A DNA stretch of 64,000 bases. Source: Dehalococcoidia bacterium (GTDB lineage Bacteria > Chloroflexota > Dehalococcoidia > Tepidiformales > Tepidiformaceae). The stretch is from NCBI GenBank assembly GCA_022826585.1, contig JAJDUR010000078.1:16583-80582 (forward strand), written 5' to 3'. Of this stretch, positions 35,742 to 45,293 are shown one piece after another (the stretch's first letter is position 1; the number at the start of each line of letters is the position of its first letter). The position numbers were made by a program, and so were the translations under genes. A model generated the notes under the pieces. The model had not been told where the DNA came from and searched no databases. It was given only the letters and a program-made list of their open reading frames with translations.

Positions 35742-36673
35742 CGGCCGCGGAGGCGGCGAGCAGCGCGCTGGATGATGCCGGGGCGGCGGATACGCTCGCG
35801 GAGCTGCGTCAGGCCCTCGGGCGTGCCGACGAGGACGGGCCGGGACCAGTCGCGCAGCGTGGGGGTGCGGTCCTCGCGGACGCGAGTCGGGGGGACGAAG
35901 CGCTCGAAGGGCTTCCACGAGGTCCCCTCGCGGATGAGGGCCTCGCGCCCGGCCGCTTCGGCCAGGACGAGCCCGGCGGCCAGGTCCCAGGCGTGCACGC
36001 CCCAGAACTGGGCGGTCGTGAAGATGCCGGCGGCCACGTAGGCGCACTCGATAGCCGCGGACCCCGTCACGCGGTTGTCCCAGCTCGCGGCGCGGCCGGG
36101 GGCGCCCCCCGGAGCGGCGCTGAGGCTGCGGCGCACGCCCTCGTTCTCCACGGTCTCGACGGTCTTGCCGTCGAAGCTGAGGGCGCTGCCGTGGTGGGCG
36201 TGGTAGACGCCCGGTCCAAGGCCGTGGCTGGCGGAGCACCAGACGGCGCCAGCCACGGGGACACCCTCGTGCAGGACGCCCACGGAGGCGGCGAAGAGCG
36301 GGTAGCGGTTGACGAAGTTGGTAGTGCCGTCGACGGGGTCGATGGCCCAGAGGTATTCGGCATCGGGAAGGGGGGCGTCGTCCTGCTCCTCGCCGAGGAT
36401 CGCGTGGTCCGGGAAGCGAGCGGCGAGACGCTCGCGGATCATCGTTTCGACCGCGCGGTCGACCTCGGAGACGGGGTCGGTGGGGGCCGCTTCCCCGGAC
36501 TTGTCCTCGTTCTTGTAGTCGACGCTGACGGAGCGTCCGAGGGCGGCGGTAATCTCGTCGCCGGCGGCCTGGGCGAGCTCGCGGGCGGTCGCTTCCAGCT
36601 CCGCAAGGAGCGCGGTTCCGATCAGGCGGGGCTGGCGCCGTGGTTCCGCGTCGTCGGTCGTGTCCTCGGTCAT
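35738..36673 (-). CDS. inositol-monophosphatase / FBPase-family phosphatase
   Basis: 311 aa counted from ATG 36673. Motifs ILGEE, WAIDPVDGTTNF and WDLAAG. The longer 614-aa ORF is an out-of-frame extension over tal-pgi. Confidence 0.88.
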   Translation of the reverse strand: MTEDTTDDAEPRRQPRLIGTALLAELEATARELAQAAGDEITAALGRSVSVDYKNEDKSGEAAPTDPVSEVDRAVETMIRERLAARFPDHAILGEEQDDAPLPDAEYLWAIDPVDGTTNFVNRYPLFAASVGVLHEGVPVAGAVWCSASHGLGPGVYHAHHGSALSFDGKTVETVENEGVRRSLSAAPGGAPGRAASWDNRVTGSAAIECAYVAAGIFTTAQFWGVHAWDLAAGLVLAEAAGREALIREGTSWKPFERFVPPTRVREDRTPTLRDWSRPVLVGTPEGLTQLRERIRRPGIIQRAARRLRGR

Positions 36674-36680
36674 GGGGGCG

Positions 36681-39323
36681 TCAGGCTCCAGCCTCGGCGG
36701 CAAGCTCCTCGATGGTAACGCGAGCGACGCGCCGTCCACGGGCGAGCAGGGCCTCGAGGTCGCCCTGGGCCTGCGCGGCCTTGAGCTGCGCGAAGGTGTA
36801 GGGCTTGCCGGGCACGGGGGCATCGACCGGCTCGTCGCGCACGATCTGGACGAGGACGCCGGTCGGGGGCCCGCCCTTGTGCAGCTGGCCGGTGGAGTGG
36901 AGGTAGCGGGGCCCGAAACCGACGGTCGTCGCCACGCCGTGGCGATCGCGGAGACGCAGCCGGAGGTCCTGCAGGCTCCCGGCGTGCTCGTGCGTGCGGG
37001 GCAGGTAGGCCAGGAGGGCGAGGTAGTCTCCGGCGCCCAGGGTGGCAAGGACCTCGGCGAGGGGCGGGGTCGGGGGAGGAGGGGAAGGGTCGGCGAGGAC
37101 ACGGGCGGTGGCGTCCTTGGCCTCCTGCACGTTGGGCTGGTCGAAGGGGTGGACGCCGAGGACGTGCCCGGCAACGGCCGTGGCGATCTCCCAGCGGATG
37201 AACTCGGCGGGGAGCTGGGCGGGGTCGCAATAGGGCAGCCGCACCACGGGGTGGCCGGCCGCCGCGAGCGCGTCGAGTCCGTCGTTGTCGCCGAGGGCGA
37301 CGAAGATGCGGTCGTCTCCGTAGGCGTCCGGACCGGCAAGGGGCTCTCCCTCGACGGGCACGATGCCCTTGCCCTCCTTGCCGAGGGACTCGGCGACGAT
37401 CTGCTCGATCCAGGTGCCAAGCTCGCGAACCTCTTCGGGGAGGATGAGGGTGAGCTTGTCGCGGCCGGCAAGGGCGGCCTCGCCAAGGACGGCGCCCAGC
37501 AGGGCGCCGGGGTTCTCGGAGGGGACGGTGCGGCGGCAGGCGTCGAGCATCTCCTGGGCGCGCATGGCGAGCTGGCCCACATCGGCGCCGATCAGGGCGG
37601 CGGGGACCATGCCGAAGGCGGAGAGGGCGGAGTAGCGGCCGCCGATCTCGGGATCGCCGTGGAAGACCCGGCGGAAGCCCCGTTCGCGAGCGAGGGCGTC
37701 GAGGGAGGTGCCTTCGTCGGTAATGGCGGCGAAGCGGTCGCCGTCGGGCGCTTTCTCCCAGAAGTAGGCGAGCTGCGCGCTGGTCTCGACCGTCGTGCCG
37801 CTCTTGCTGGCCGCGATGAACAGCGTCCGGTCGAGGTCGAGGCCCGCTTCAAGCGCAAGCAGCTCCTCGGGGTCGGTCGTGTCGGGCGTGTGGAGGTTGA
37901 GGGCGCCGGGAGCGGTCCCGAGAGCGCCGTGCAACACCGCTCCCGTGAGGCTCGAACCACCCATGCCCATGAGCACAACATCCGAGAAGCCCTCGGCAGC
38001 GACCTCGCGGGCGAACGCGGTCAGCGCGGGGGCACCCTCGAGGCTCTGCTCGGGCGCGGCAAGGAAGCCAAGGCGATCGCTGATCTCGGCGGGATCGGGC
38101 TTCCAGATGGTGTGGTCGCGCATCCAGAGGCGACGCACGACCTCGTCCTGCCGGAGCTCGGCGAGGCGTTCCTCGACAGGGCCGGCGAGAGCACCGAGCG
38201 AGCGGGAAGCGGCGGCCTGGCGGCCGGGCGCGGTCGAGAGGCGCCGGTCGAGTTTGGCCATGAGGGCCTTGTAGCTGTCCTCGAAGGAGGCCAGCCCGTC
38301 GACGAGCAGTTTGTCGGTCACCGCGGTCAGGTCGACGCCAGCTGCTTCGGCTTCGCCCAGCAGGCGGCCGGCCTCCTCGATCGTCTCGGGGCCCGCGGGC
38401 TCGACGGTGAGGTGGTCGAGCACGGCATCGAGCGTGGCCTGGGGGAGGGTGTTCACGGTGTCGGGGAAGATGAGGGTTTCGACGTAGAGGATGTCGGAAT
38501 AGGCGGGATTCTTGGTGCCGGTCGAGGCCCAGAGGGGACGCTGCGGTCGCGCCCCCGCGTCCGCGAGGCGCTGCCAGCGCTCGCCGGCGAAGATGGCCTG
38601 GAAGCGAGCGTAGGCGTGGCGGGCGTTGGCGACCGCAATCCGGCCGCGGAGGGGGGAGTCCTCGGGGAGCTGCGGGTCGACGGCGGTGTCGACGCGGGAG
38701 ACGAAGAAGGAGGCGACGCCGGCGATGGCGTCGAGCGGCTCACCTGCTTCGAGGCGGCGCTCGAGGCCGGCGATGTAGGCCTCGGCAACCCGCTCGTAAA
38801 CGCCAACGCTGAAGAGCAGCGTGACATTCACGTTGACCCCGGCGGCGATGAGCTCGGTGAGGGATTCGACCCCGGCGGGGGTGCCGGGCACCTTGATCAT
38901 GACGTTGGGGCGGTCGACCAGGCGGAAGAGGCGCTGGGCCTCGGCGACGGTGGCCTCCCGGTCGTGCTCGATGCCGGGGGGCACCTCGAGCGAGACGTAG
39001 CCATCGACGGCGGCGGTGGACTCGTACACGGGAAGGAGCGCGTCGGCGGCGAGCTGGATGTCCTCGGAGGCGAGGGCGACGAAGGCGTCGTAGGGGTCGG
39101 CCTCGCCCATGCGGATGATGGACTGCAGGGCCTCCTCGTAGTCACCCGATTCGGAGATGGCCTTGTCGAAGATGGTGGGATTCGAGGTCATGCCCGTGAT
39201 CCAGCCGTCGGCGACCATGCGGTCGACCTCGCCGGAGCGGAGCAGGCCGCGGCGGATGTAGTCGAGCCAGACGCTCTGGCCGTGCTGGATGAGCTGCTCG
39301 GTGGCGAGGGGCACGATCGTCAA
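36681..39323 (-). CDS. bifunctional transaldolase / glucose-6-phosphate isomerase fusion
   Basis: 880 aa. The N-terminal ~360 aa are a transaldolase ([16 protein letters not shown]). The C-terminal part is a PGI SIS domain ([15 protein letters not shown]). Confidence 0.93.
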   Translation of the reverse strand: MTIVPLATEQLIQHGQSVWLDYIRRGLLRSGEVDRMVADGWITGMTSNPTIFDKAISESGDYEEALQSIIRMGEADPYDAFVALASEDIQLAADALLPVYESTAAVDGYVSLEVPPGIEHDREATVAEAQRLFRLVDRPNVMIKVPGTPAGVESLTELIAAGVNVNVTLLFSVGVYERVAEAYIAGLERRLEAGEPLDAIAGVASFFVSRVDTAVDPQLPEDSPLRGRIAVANARHAYARFQAIFAGERWQRLADAGARPQRPLWASTGTKNPAYSDILYVETLIFPDTVNTLPQATLDAVLDHLTVEPAGPETIEEAGRLLGEAEAAGVDLTAVTDKLLVDGLASFEDSYKALMAKLDRRLSTAPGRQAAASRSLGALAGPVEERLAELRQDEVVRRLWMRDHTIWKPDPAEISDRLGFLAAPEQSLEGAPALTAFAREVAAEGFSDVVLMGMGGSSLTGAVLHGALGTAPGALNLHTPDTTDPEELLALEAGLDLDRTLFIAASKSGTTVETSAQLAYFWEKAPDGDRFAAITDEGTSLDALARERGFRRVFHGDPEIGGRYSALSAFGMVPAALIGADVGQLAMRAQEMLDACRRTVPSENPGALLGAVLGEAALAGRDKLTLILPEEVRELGTWIEQIVAESLGKEGKGIVPVEGEPLAGPDAYGDDRIFVALGDNDGLDALAAAGHPVVRLPYCDPAQLPAEFIRWEIATAVAGHVLGVHPFDQPNVQEAKDATARVLADPSPPPPTPPLAEVLATLGAGDYLALLAYLPRTHEHAGSLQDLRLRLRDRHGVATTVGFGPRYLHSTGQLHKGGPPTGVLVQIVRDEPVDAPVPGKPYTFAQLKAAQAQGDLEALLARGRRVARVTIEELAAEAGA

Positions 39324-41356
39324 CCTCCCGCGGGCTCCGCTGCACGGGCGCGAGCGACGATGGCGGCCGCACGCTCCGCAACAGCCTCGGCGGTGAAACC
39401 GTAGCGCTCCATCATGACCTTGCCGGGAGCGGAGGCGCCGAAACGGTCGATACCGACCACTTCGCCGGCATCGCCGACGTAGCGCTCCCAGCCAATGCTC
39501 GTACCGGCCTCGATGGCGAGACGAGCTGTCACATCGGGGGGCAGCACCTGGTCCTGATACGACCGGGGCTGGCCGGCGAAGAGCTCCCAGCTGGGCATGC
39601 TCACGACGCGCGCGGCGATGCCCTGCGCAGCCAGCACTGAGGCGGCCTCGCGGGCGAGCGAGACCTCGGAGCCCGTAGCGATGAGGATGATGTCGGGCGA
39701 GCCGCCGGGAGCGTCGTCGAGGATGTAGGCGCCGCGGGGTACGCCCTCGCGGACGCGCTCCTGCTCGGCGATGACAGGGACATCCTGGCGGGTGAGGGCG
39801 AGGAGGGTGGGGCCGTTGCGGCGCTCAAGGGCGACCTTCCAGGCGGCGGCGGTCTCGTTGGCGTCGGCGGGACGGAGCACGGTGAGGCCGGGGATGGCGC
39901 GCAGGGCGAGCAGTTGCTCGATGGGCTGGTGGGTGGGGCCGTCCTCGCCGACGCCAATGCTGTCGTGGGTGAACACGTAGATGGAGTGGCAACCCATGAT
40001 GGCGCCGAGGCGGATGGCGCCCCGCATCCAGTCGGAGAAGGCCAGGAAGGTGCCGCCATAAGGGATGAGTCCGCCGTGCACGGCCATGCCGTTCACGATG
40101 CCGCCCATGGCGTGCTCACGGACACCGAAGCGGAGGTTGCGCCCCTCCCAGGCGCCCTTCGCGAAGTCGTCGTAGCCGCTGAGCAGGGTGTTGTTCGAGG
40201 GGGCGAGGTCGCCGGAGCCGCCGGCGAGGTTAGGAACAACGGACGCGAGGGCGTTCAGGACCTTGCCCGAGGCGGCACGGGTGGCCATGGCGCCGTCGTC
40301 GGCGGAGAAAGAGGGGAGGTTGTCCTCCCAGGCCTCGGGCAGGTCGCCGGCGACGCCGCGGCGCCACTCGGCGGCCTCGTCCGAGAAGGCGCGCTCGTAG
40401 GCCTCGAAACGCTCCTGCCAGGCGGCCTGGCGGGCGGCGCCCTGCTCGAGGGCGACGCGGAACTCGGCGAGCGTCTCCTCGGGGACGTGGAAGGCGGGCT
40501 CAACCGGCCAGCCGTACACCTCCTTGGTGAGGCGCACCTCGTCCTCGCCGAGGGCGGCACCGTGAGCGGCGGCGCTTCCCGCCTTGTTGGGACTACCGTG
40601 CGCAATCTCGGTGGCGGCGACGATGATGGAGGGGCGGTCCTCGACCGTCTCGGCGGCGCAGAGCGCGGCATGGACGGCCTGGAGGTCGTCACCGTCCACG
40701 TGCTGGACGTGCCAGCCGTACGCGCGGAAGCGCTCGCCGACGTCCTCCTGGAAGGCGAGGTCGGTGCTGCCTTCGATCGAGATCTCGTTGTCGTCGTAGA
40801 GGAAGGTCAGCTTGCCCAGGCCGAGAGTGCCGGCGAGGGAGGAAGCTTCGGAGGCGATGCCCTCCATCAGGTCGCCGTCGCTAACGAGGGCGTAGGTGCG
40901 GTGGTCGACGATGGTGTGGCCGGGGCGGTTGAAGCGGGCCGCGAGCATGCGCTCGGCGATGGCCATGCCGACGGCGTTCGCGACGCCGGAGCCGAGCGGG
41001 CCGGTGGTCGTCTCGACGCCTGGGGTGAGGCCGTACTCGGGGTGGCCGGGAGTCTTGCTGCCCCACTGGCGGAAGTTCCTGATCTCGTCGAGGGGGAGGT
41101 CGTAGCCGGTCAGGTAGAGGAGGCTGTAGAGGAGCATGGAGGCGTGGCCGGCGGAGAGGACGAAGCGGTCGCGGTCGGGCCAGGAAGGGTCGGCGGGGTT
41201 GTGGCGGAGGTGGCGCGTCCAGAGGACGTAGGCCATCGGGGCAGCGCCCATGGGAGCGCCGGGGTGGCCGGAGTTGGCGGCCTGGACGGCATCCATGGAG
41301 AGGGTGCGGATCGTGTTGATCGCCTGGTGCTTGAGCGTACCGGCGGGTGCGGTCAT
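39320..41356 (-). CDS. tkt: transketolase
   Basis: 678 aa with motifs [17 protein letters not shown]-like SDGDLMEG and [18 protein letters not shown]. Confidence 0.97.
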   Translation of the reverse strand: MTAPAGTLKHQAINTIRTLSMDAVQAANSGHPGAPMGAAPMAYVLWTRHLRHNPADPSWPDRDRFVLSAGHASMLLYSLLYLTGYDLPLDEIRNFRQWGSKTPGHPEYGLTPGVETTTGPLGSGVANAVGMAIAERMLAARFNRPGHTIVDHRTYALVSDGDLMEGIASEASSLAGTLGLGKLTFLYDDNEISIEGSTDLAFQEDVGERFRAYGWHVQHVDGDDLQAVHAALCAAETVEDRPSIIVAATEIAHGSPNKAGSAAAHGAALGEDEVRLTKEVYGWPVEPAFHVPEETLAEFRVALEQGAARQAAWQERFEAYERAFSDEAAEWRRGVAGDLPEAWEDNLPSFSADDGAMATRAASGKVLNALASVVPNLAGGSGDLAPSNNTLLSGYDDFAKGAWEGRNLRFGVREHAMGGIVNGMAVHGGLIPYGGTFLAFSDWMRGAIRLGAIMGCHSIYVFTHDSIGVGEDGPTHQPIEQLLALRAIPGLTVLRPADANETAAAWKVALERRNGPTLLALTRQDVPVIAEQERVREGVPRGAYILDDAPGGSPDIILIATGSEVSLAREAASVLAAQGIAARVVSMPSWELFAGQPRSYQDQVLPPDVTARLAIEAGTSIGWERYVGDAGEVVGIDRFGASAPGKVMMERYGFTAEAVAERAAAIVARARAAEPAGG

Positions 41357-41556
41357 TGGATGGGCGCTCCACGGCGTCGTTTGGTCTGGCGCAAGCCGTC
41401 GGGGCGTGGCGAGGCTACGTCCGCGGGAAGGCTAGCACGTCTGTTTCTCTCCAGACAGAACGAAGGGTTCAGAAGCGTGCGGGTGCGGGGTTGAAGGGCT
41501 ACGATCCCGATAGCCGGACGCCGCCGGGTTGATCCCCGGGGCGGGCACAAGGAAAC

Positions 41557-42405
41557 GTGATGCGAGAAGTCGAGGCGGCGGTCATCACGGAGACCGTCGC
41601 CCGGCTCGCCATCGAGTCGACCCACTTCCTGCCCGAGGACGTGGAGGGCGCCATTCGCGAGGCGCGGGAGACGGAGCGGTCGCCGCTCGGGGTGCAGATC
41701 ATCGACGAGATCCTGGAGAACGCCGAGGTCGCGAGGGAGCGGATGCTGCCCCTCTGCCAGGACACGGGCACGGCGGTCGTGCACGTGGAGCTCGGGCAGG
41801 ACGTTCACGTGACCGGCGGCTACTTGATCGATGCGATCAACGCGGGCATCGAGCAGGGGTACGGCGAGGGCTATCTGCGCAAGTCGATCGTGGAGCACCC
41901 CTTCGGGGACCGGACGAACACGGGGACGAACGCGCCGGGCGTGATCCATACCGAGATCGTCCCGGGGGAGGAGGTCCGCATCGGGTTCATGCCCAAGGGC
42001 GGCGGCTGCGAGAACATGTCGCGCTACCAGAACTTCCTGCCCGGAGCAGGGCGCGAGGCGGTCATCGACTTCGTCTGCGAGACCGTGGACCTCTCGGGCG
42101 GGAACCCGTGCCCGCCGCTCATCATCGGCGTAGGCGTCGGTGGGACGGCGGAGAAGGCGATGACGATCGCGAAACACTCCCTCTTCCGGAAGGTCGGCGA
42201 GCGCAATCCCGACCCGGACGTAGCGGCACTCGAAGGCGAGTTGCTCGAGGCGGTGAACGCGCTCGGGGTGGGGCCGCAGGCGGTGGGCGGCTCGACGACC
42301 GCGCTGGACGTGTTCGTGGAGACGTACCCGACCCACATTGCGGCGCTGCCGGTGGCGGTCAACATCCAGTGCCACAGCGCGCGCACGAAGCACGCGGTGC
42401 TGTAG
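41557..42405 (+). CDS. class I (Fe-S) fumarate hydratase / tartrate dehydratase, alpha subunit
   Basis: 282 aa with motifs CQDTGTAVV and KGGGCEN. The start is GTG 41557 or ATG 41560. Confidence 0.9.
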   Translation: MMREVEAAVITETVARLAIESTHFLPEDVEGAIREARETERSPLGVQIIDEILENAEVARERMLPLCQDTGTAVVHVELGQDVHVTGGYLIDAINAGIEQGYGEGYLRKSIVEHPFGDRTNTGTNAPGVIHTEIVPGEEVRIGFMPKGGGCENMSRYQNFLPGAGREAVIDFVCETVDLSGGNPCPPLIIGVGVGGTAEKAMTIAKHSLFRKVGERNPDPDVAALEGELLEAVNALGVGPQAVGGSTTALDVFVETYPTHIAALPVAVNIQCHSARTKHAVL

Positions 42406-42415
42406 GGAGCGGGCG

Positions 42416-43009
42416 ATGGCCGAAAGCAAGCCGATCACGCTCCCCCTCACCCACGAGGTCATCGACGACCTGCGCATCGGCGACCACGTGGAGTTCAGCG
42501 GCGTCATCTACACAGCGCGCGACGCCGCCCACAGGCGCATCGTCGCGATGGCGGACGCCGGCGAGGAGTTGCCGCTCGACCTCCGCGGGCAGGTTCTCTA
42601 CTACGTGGGCCCCACTCCACCGCGCCCGGGCCAGGTGATCGGTTCGGCCGGACCGACGACGTCGATGCGGCTCGATCCGTACACGCCTCGCATGCTGGAG
42701 CTTGGCGTGAAGGGCATGATCGGCAAGGGCGGGCGGGGTCCGGCCGTGCGCGCGGCGATCAAGGCCAGCCACGCCGTCTATTGCATCGCGGTAGGGGGCA
42801 CGGGCGCGCTTCTGAACCGCCACATCAGGAGCGCCGAGGTGGTGGCGTTCGAGGAGCTTGGCGCCGAAGCCATCCGGAGGCTGGAGGTCGAGCGCTTTCC
42901 GGCGATCGTCGTGAACGACGCGTTCGGGGGCGACCTGCTGGAAGCGGGCAGGCAGGAGTACCGCACGAGCGACCGGCCCATCCCGGTCACGGGCGGTGGG
43001 GGAGCATGA
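42416..43009 (+). CDS. class I fumarate hydratase / tartrate dehydratase, beta subunit
   Basis: 197 aa counted from ATG 42416. Motifs SGVIYTARDAAH, GPTTSMR and IGKGGRG. Confidence 0.9.
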   Translation: MAESKPITLPLTHEVIDDLRIGDHVEFSGVIYTARDAAHRRIVAMADAGEELPLDLRGQVLYYVGPTPPRPGQVIGSAGPTTSMRLDPYTPRMLELGVKGMIGKGGRGPAVRAAIKASHAVYCIAVGGTGALLNRHIRSAEVVAFEELGAEAIRRLEVERFPAIVVNDAFGGDLLEAGRQEYRTSDRPIPVTGGGGA

Positions 43010-44121
43010 CGGCAGGCGAGCGAGCGAGCGCACGGACGCCCGGAGTGGGCGCAGCCCCCCGCGGGGTGGCCCGCCTGACGGCCTGCTGCTGGGAAGCGGC
43101 CACGCTCGACCGGGAGCAGGTCGCGGCGGTCGAGCGGCTCGCGAGCGAGACCCATCCCGGCTCGGCCATCATCCGGACGTGCCAGCGCATCGAGGCGTAC
43201 GCGCTCGCGCACTGCGACTGCCCCGCTCCGGCGCGGCTCGAGGGGCTGGAGGCGCTTCGCCACCTGGGCGAGGTAGCCGCCGGGCTCCACTCGGCGGTGC
43301 TGGGCGAGGCGCAGATCCTGGGGCAGAGCCGGCGGGCCTTCGACGACGCGGACGGCGAGCTGCTCGGACTGGGGCGGACGGCGGTCGCAGCGGCGCGGGC
43401 GCTGCGGGCGGAGACGGAGTTCGACAGCCACGCGGGACACCTGCTCGACCGGGGGCTCGCGCTCTCGGGCGTCGAGCCGGGCGGGCGGCTGCTGGTGCTG
43501 GGCACCGGAGCGATGGCGCGGCTCGTGGCCGAGCGCGGCGAGGCGATCGGGTTCGCGGAGGTGCTGGTGGCGGGGCGGCGTCCACCCCGGCAACCGATCG
43601 CGGGCACGTACCTGGGCCTGGGCGGCATCCGCCGGGCGGGTCCGGTGACGGTCGTGGCAGGGTGCCTTGGGTCGGCCGCGAACGTCATCCCGCTGGAGGC
43701 GCTGCCGCCGGCGCAGCTCGTGCTGGACCTGGGCACGCCCCGGAACTTCGCGGGGGAGGCGGAGGCGCGGGTGGTGACGATCGCGGACCTGCTCTCGGAC
43801 GAGGCGGGGCGGCCCCACTCGGTCGCGCGGCGGGGGGCGCTGCGCGAGCGCCTGCACGCGCTCCTCGACCGCGAGCTGGCGGCGCGGCGGGAGACGGCGT
43901 CGAGCCCGGTGGGGGCGCTGCGGGCATCGGTCGAGCGGGCGCGCCGGCGGGAGCTGGCGCGCATCGCCGCGCGTCACCCGGAGATCCCGCCGGAGACGCT
44001 CGACGCGCTCACGCGAGCGCTCGTCAACCGCATCCTGCACGAGCCCACGGAGCGTCTGCGGGCGCTGGGGGAGGGGTCGGAACTGGCGCGGGAGCTGGCG
44101 GGGTTGTTCGGGGAGGATTAG
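43006..44121 (+). CDS. hemA: glutamyl-tRNA reductase (short, N-terminally divergent)
   Basis: 371 aa counted from ATG 43006. Motifs TCQRIE (catalytic Cys), GEAQILGQ, an LVLGTGAMA NADPH site and LVNRILHEPT. ATGA overlap with the fumarase beta gene. Confidence 0.8.
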   Translation: MTAGERASARTPGVGAAPRGVARLTACCWEAATLDREQVAAVERLASETHPGSAIIRTCQRIEAYALAHCDCPAPARLEGLEALRHLGEVAAGLHSAVLGEAQILGQSRRAFDDADGELLGLGRTAVAAARALRAETEFDSHAGHLLDRGLALSGVEPGGRLLVLGTGAMARLVAERGEAIGFAEVLVAGRRPPRQPIAGTYLGLGGIRRAGPVTVVAGCLGSAANVIPLEALPPAQLVLDLGTPRNFAGEAEARVVTIADLLSDEAGRPHSVARRGALRERLHALLDRELAARRETASSPVGALRASVERARRRELARIAARHPEIPPETLDALTRALVNRILHEPTERLRALGEGSELARELAGLFGED

Positions 44122-44141
44122 GGCGGAAGCCCAGATTGCGT

Positions 44142-44170
44142 TCTACAAAGGTGTTAGGATGTGCTATAGT
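44142..44170 (+). promoter_or_regulatory. candidate extended -10 promoter (TGcTATAGT) for the 60-aa ORF
   Basis: TATAGT at 44165-44170 is preceded by TGC. A weak -35 TCTACA lies 17 nt upstream. GGAGG at 44179-44183 sits 7 nt before ATG 44191. Confidence 0.4.
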
Positions 44171-44190
44171 CGCGAGACCGGAGGCGCCTG

Positions 44191-44373
44191 ATGGCGGTAG
44201 CGAGCCACACTCACCCTGAAGCAGCAACAAAGGTTGAAGTGTCCGACAAGTTCGGAGAACTCAAGGCCGAGATCGCGGAGCTTCGGGGGCACGTGGCCTT
44301 GCTGACCTGGGTGGTGGGACTGGGCTTCACGGCGCTGATCACAATGTCAGCAGTCTTTCGGTACGTGGGGTAG
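44191..44373 (+). CDS. tail-anchored coiled-coil mini-protein (paralog A)
   Basis: 60 aa with its own promoter-like element and SD. Core DKFGELKAEIAELRGHV is followed directly by a C-terminal TM (LLTWVVGLGFTALITMSAVF). Paralogous to 44504..44746. Confidence 0.55.
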   Translation: MAVASHTHPEAATKVEVSDKFGELKAEIAELRGHVALLTWVVGLGFTALITMSAVFRYVG

Positions 44374-44503
44374 GCGCCGCAACTCCCCGTTGTCGGCCAC
44401 GACGCGCACTGCGCTGCACAAGATCGTGCCGTGTGAGCGGGTTCGACGGCAACCCGTTCCAGGGGTGGCAAGGCAGGATGCTTGATGGACTGGCCGAGAC
44501 GCC

Positions 44504-44746
44504 TCAGTCGATGAACTGGAGGGCGCTGGCAACGGCGGTGACGGCGACGATGAGGGCCGTGATGATGGAGAGGCCCCACGAGATCGTGCGGGACATGGTG
44601 TCGAGCTTCGTCTCCACCCTGGCGACCTCGCCACGGACGGTCTCCACCTCACCCCGAAGCCCGATGATCTCGGCCTTCAACTCCCCATACTTCTCGGCAA
44701 GGTCGTGCTTCGACGCGTAGTAGTCCCTGGGCTCGACTGTCGCCAC
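44504..44746 (-). CDS. tail-anchored coiled-coil mini-protein (paralog B)
   Basis: 80 aa with a GTG start preceded by AAGGAG. Has EKYGELKAEIIGLRGEV plus an extra heptad stretch, then a C-terminal TM (ISWGLSIITALIVAVTAVASAL). Confidence 0.6.
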   Translation of the reverse strand: MATVEPRDYYASKHDLAEKYGELKAEIIGLRGEVETVRGEVARVETKLDTMSRTISWGLSIITALIVAVTAVASALQFID

Positions 44747-44803
44747 TCCCTAGCTCCTTGTCCTGACAACTCTATTGTTGCGGAAACGGAACGCCAGGGC
44801 AAC

Positions 44804-45190
44804 CTACTCCCCTTCGTCGGCCATGATGGCGAGGAAGCCGAGGCGGCGCTGGCCGTCGTCTTCCTCGGGGTGGACCTCGACGCGGAAGATGGTCCCGTAG
44901 GGGAGGAAGACCTGGATGTCGTGGTCGTGGTCCTCGCGTTGGGTGTGGAGCGCGACCCAGGTGTCGGAGACGCCGGAGATGGCCTTCACGAAGTGCCTGG
45001 CGCCGTCGACCGTGTAAAGCTCGACGATGGGGGACTCGCAGACGACCTGCGTGCAGAACGACTTGATGGCCTGGGGGAGGGTCGTCTCGAAAAAGTCACG
45101 GTCGAAGGGTGGGCCGCCGGCGGCGGCAGGCGCGGCCTGGGCGGGGGGGACGACTCCGGGGGGCAGGAAGAGCGCGGTCTCAGGTGGCAT
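44804..45190 (-). CDS. hypothetical protein (Pro/Ala-rich N-terminus plus small beta-rich domain)
   Basis: 128 aa with codon usage typical of the genome. Lies 57 nt upstream of paralog B on the same strand. I recognise no motif. Confidence 0.5.
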   Translation of the reverse strand: MPPETALFLPPGVVPPAQAAPAAAGGPPFDRDFFETTLPQAIKSFCTQVVCESPIVELYTVDGARHFVKAISGVSDTWVALHTQREDHDHDIQVFLPYGTIFRVEVHPEEDDGQRRLGFLAIMADEGE

Positions 45191-45263
45191 GGTGGGGGGA
45201 GGGTCCGCCGGGGGGCGCGGGATCGCCAGACGGCGCGCGATCCGCTGTGAGGCGAGGGTTCGC

Positions 45264-45269
45264 TAGACT
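45264..45269 (+). promoter_or_regulatory. candidate -10 box TAGACT upstream of the mutase gene
   Basis: cgcTAGACT is the same sequence as the one upstream of mog. Lies 24 nt before the ATG, with GGGGAGG in between. Confidence 0.25.
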
Positions 45270-45293
45270 TGTGGCTGGCAGGGGAGGCCCCGC

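Noticed and set aside
36660-39404. 914-aa plus-strand ORF antisense to the tal-pgi fusion
   Set aside because: The translation is Gly/Ala/Glu/Val low-complexity. The sense strand carries unmistakable transaldolase and PGI motifs.
41490-41550. tRNA-like T-arm hairpin (CCGGGTTGATCCCCGG) in the tkt / fumarase intergenic region
   Set aside because: The loop lacks the conserved TTC(G/A)A pattern. No acceptor, D or anticodon arms can be drawn around it.
44438-44456. Hairpin CGGGTT-N7-AACCCG between the convergent mini-protein genes, considered as a bidirectional terminator
   Set aside because: The stem is only 6 bp with no flanking T/A tract. It is too weak to annotate.
45191-45293. Cobalamin riboswitch upstream of the B12-dependent mutase gene
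   Set aside because: The region is too short (103 nt, shared with a divergent gene) and has no B12-box-like sequence.
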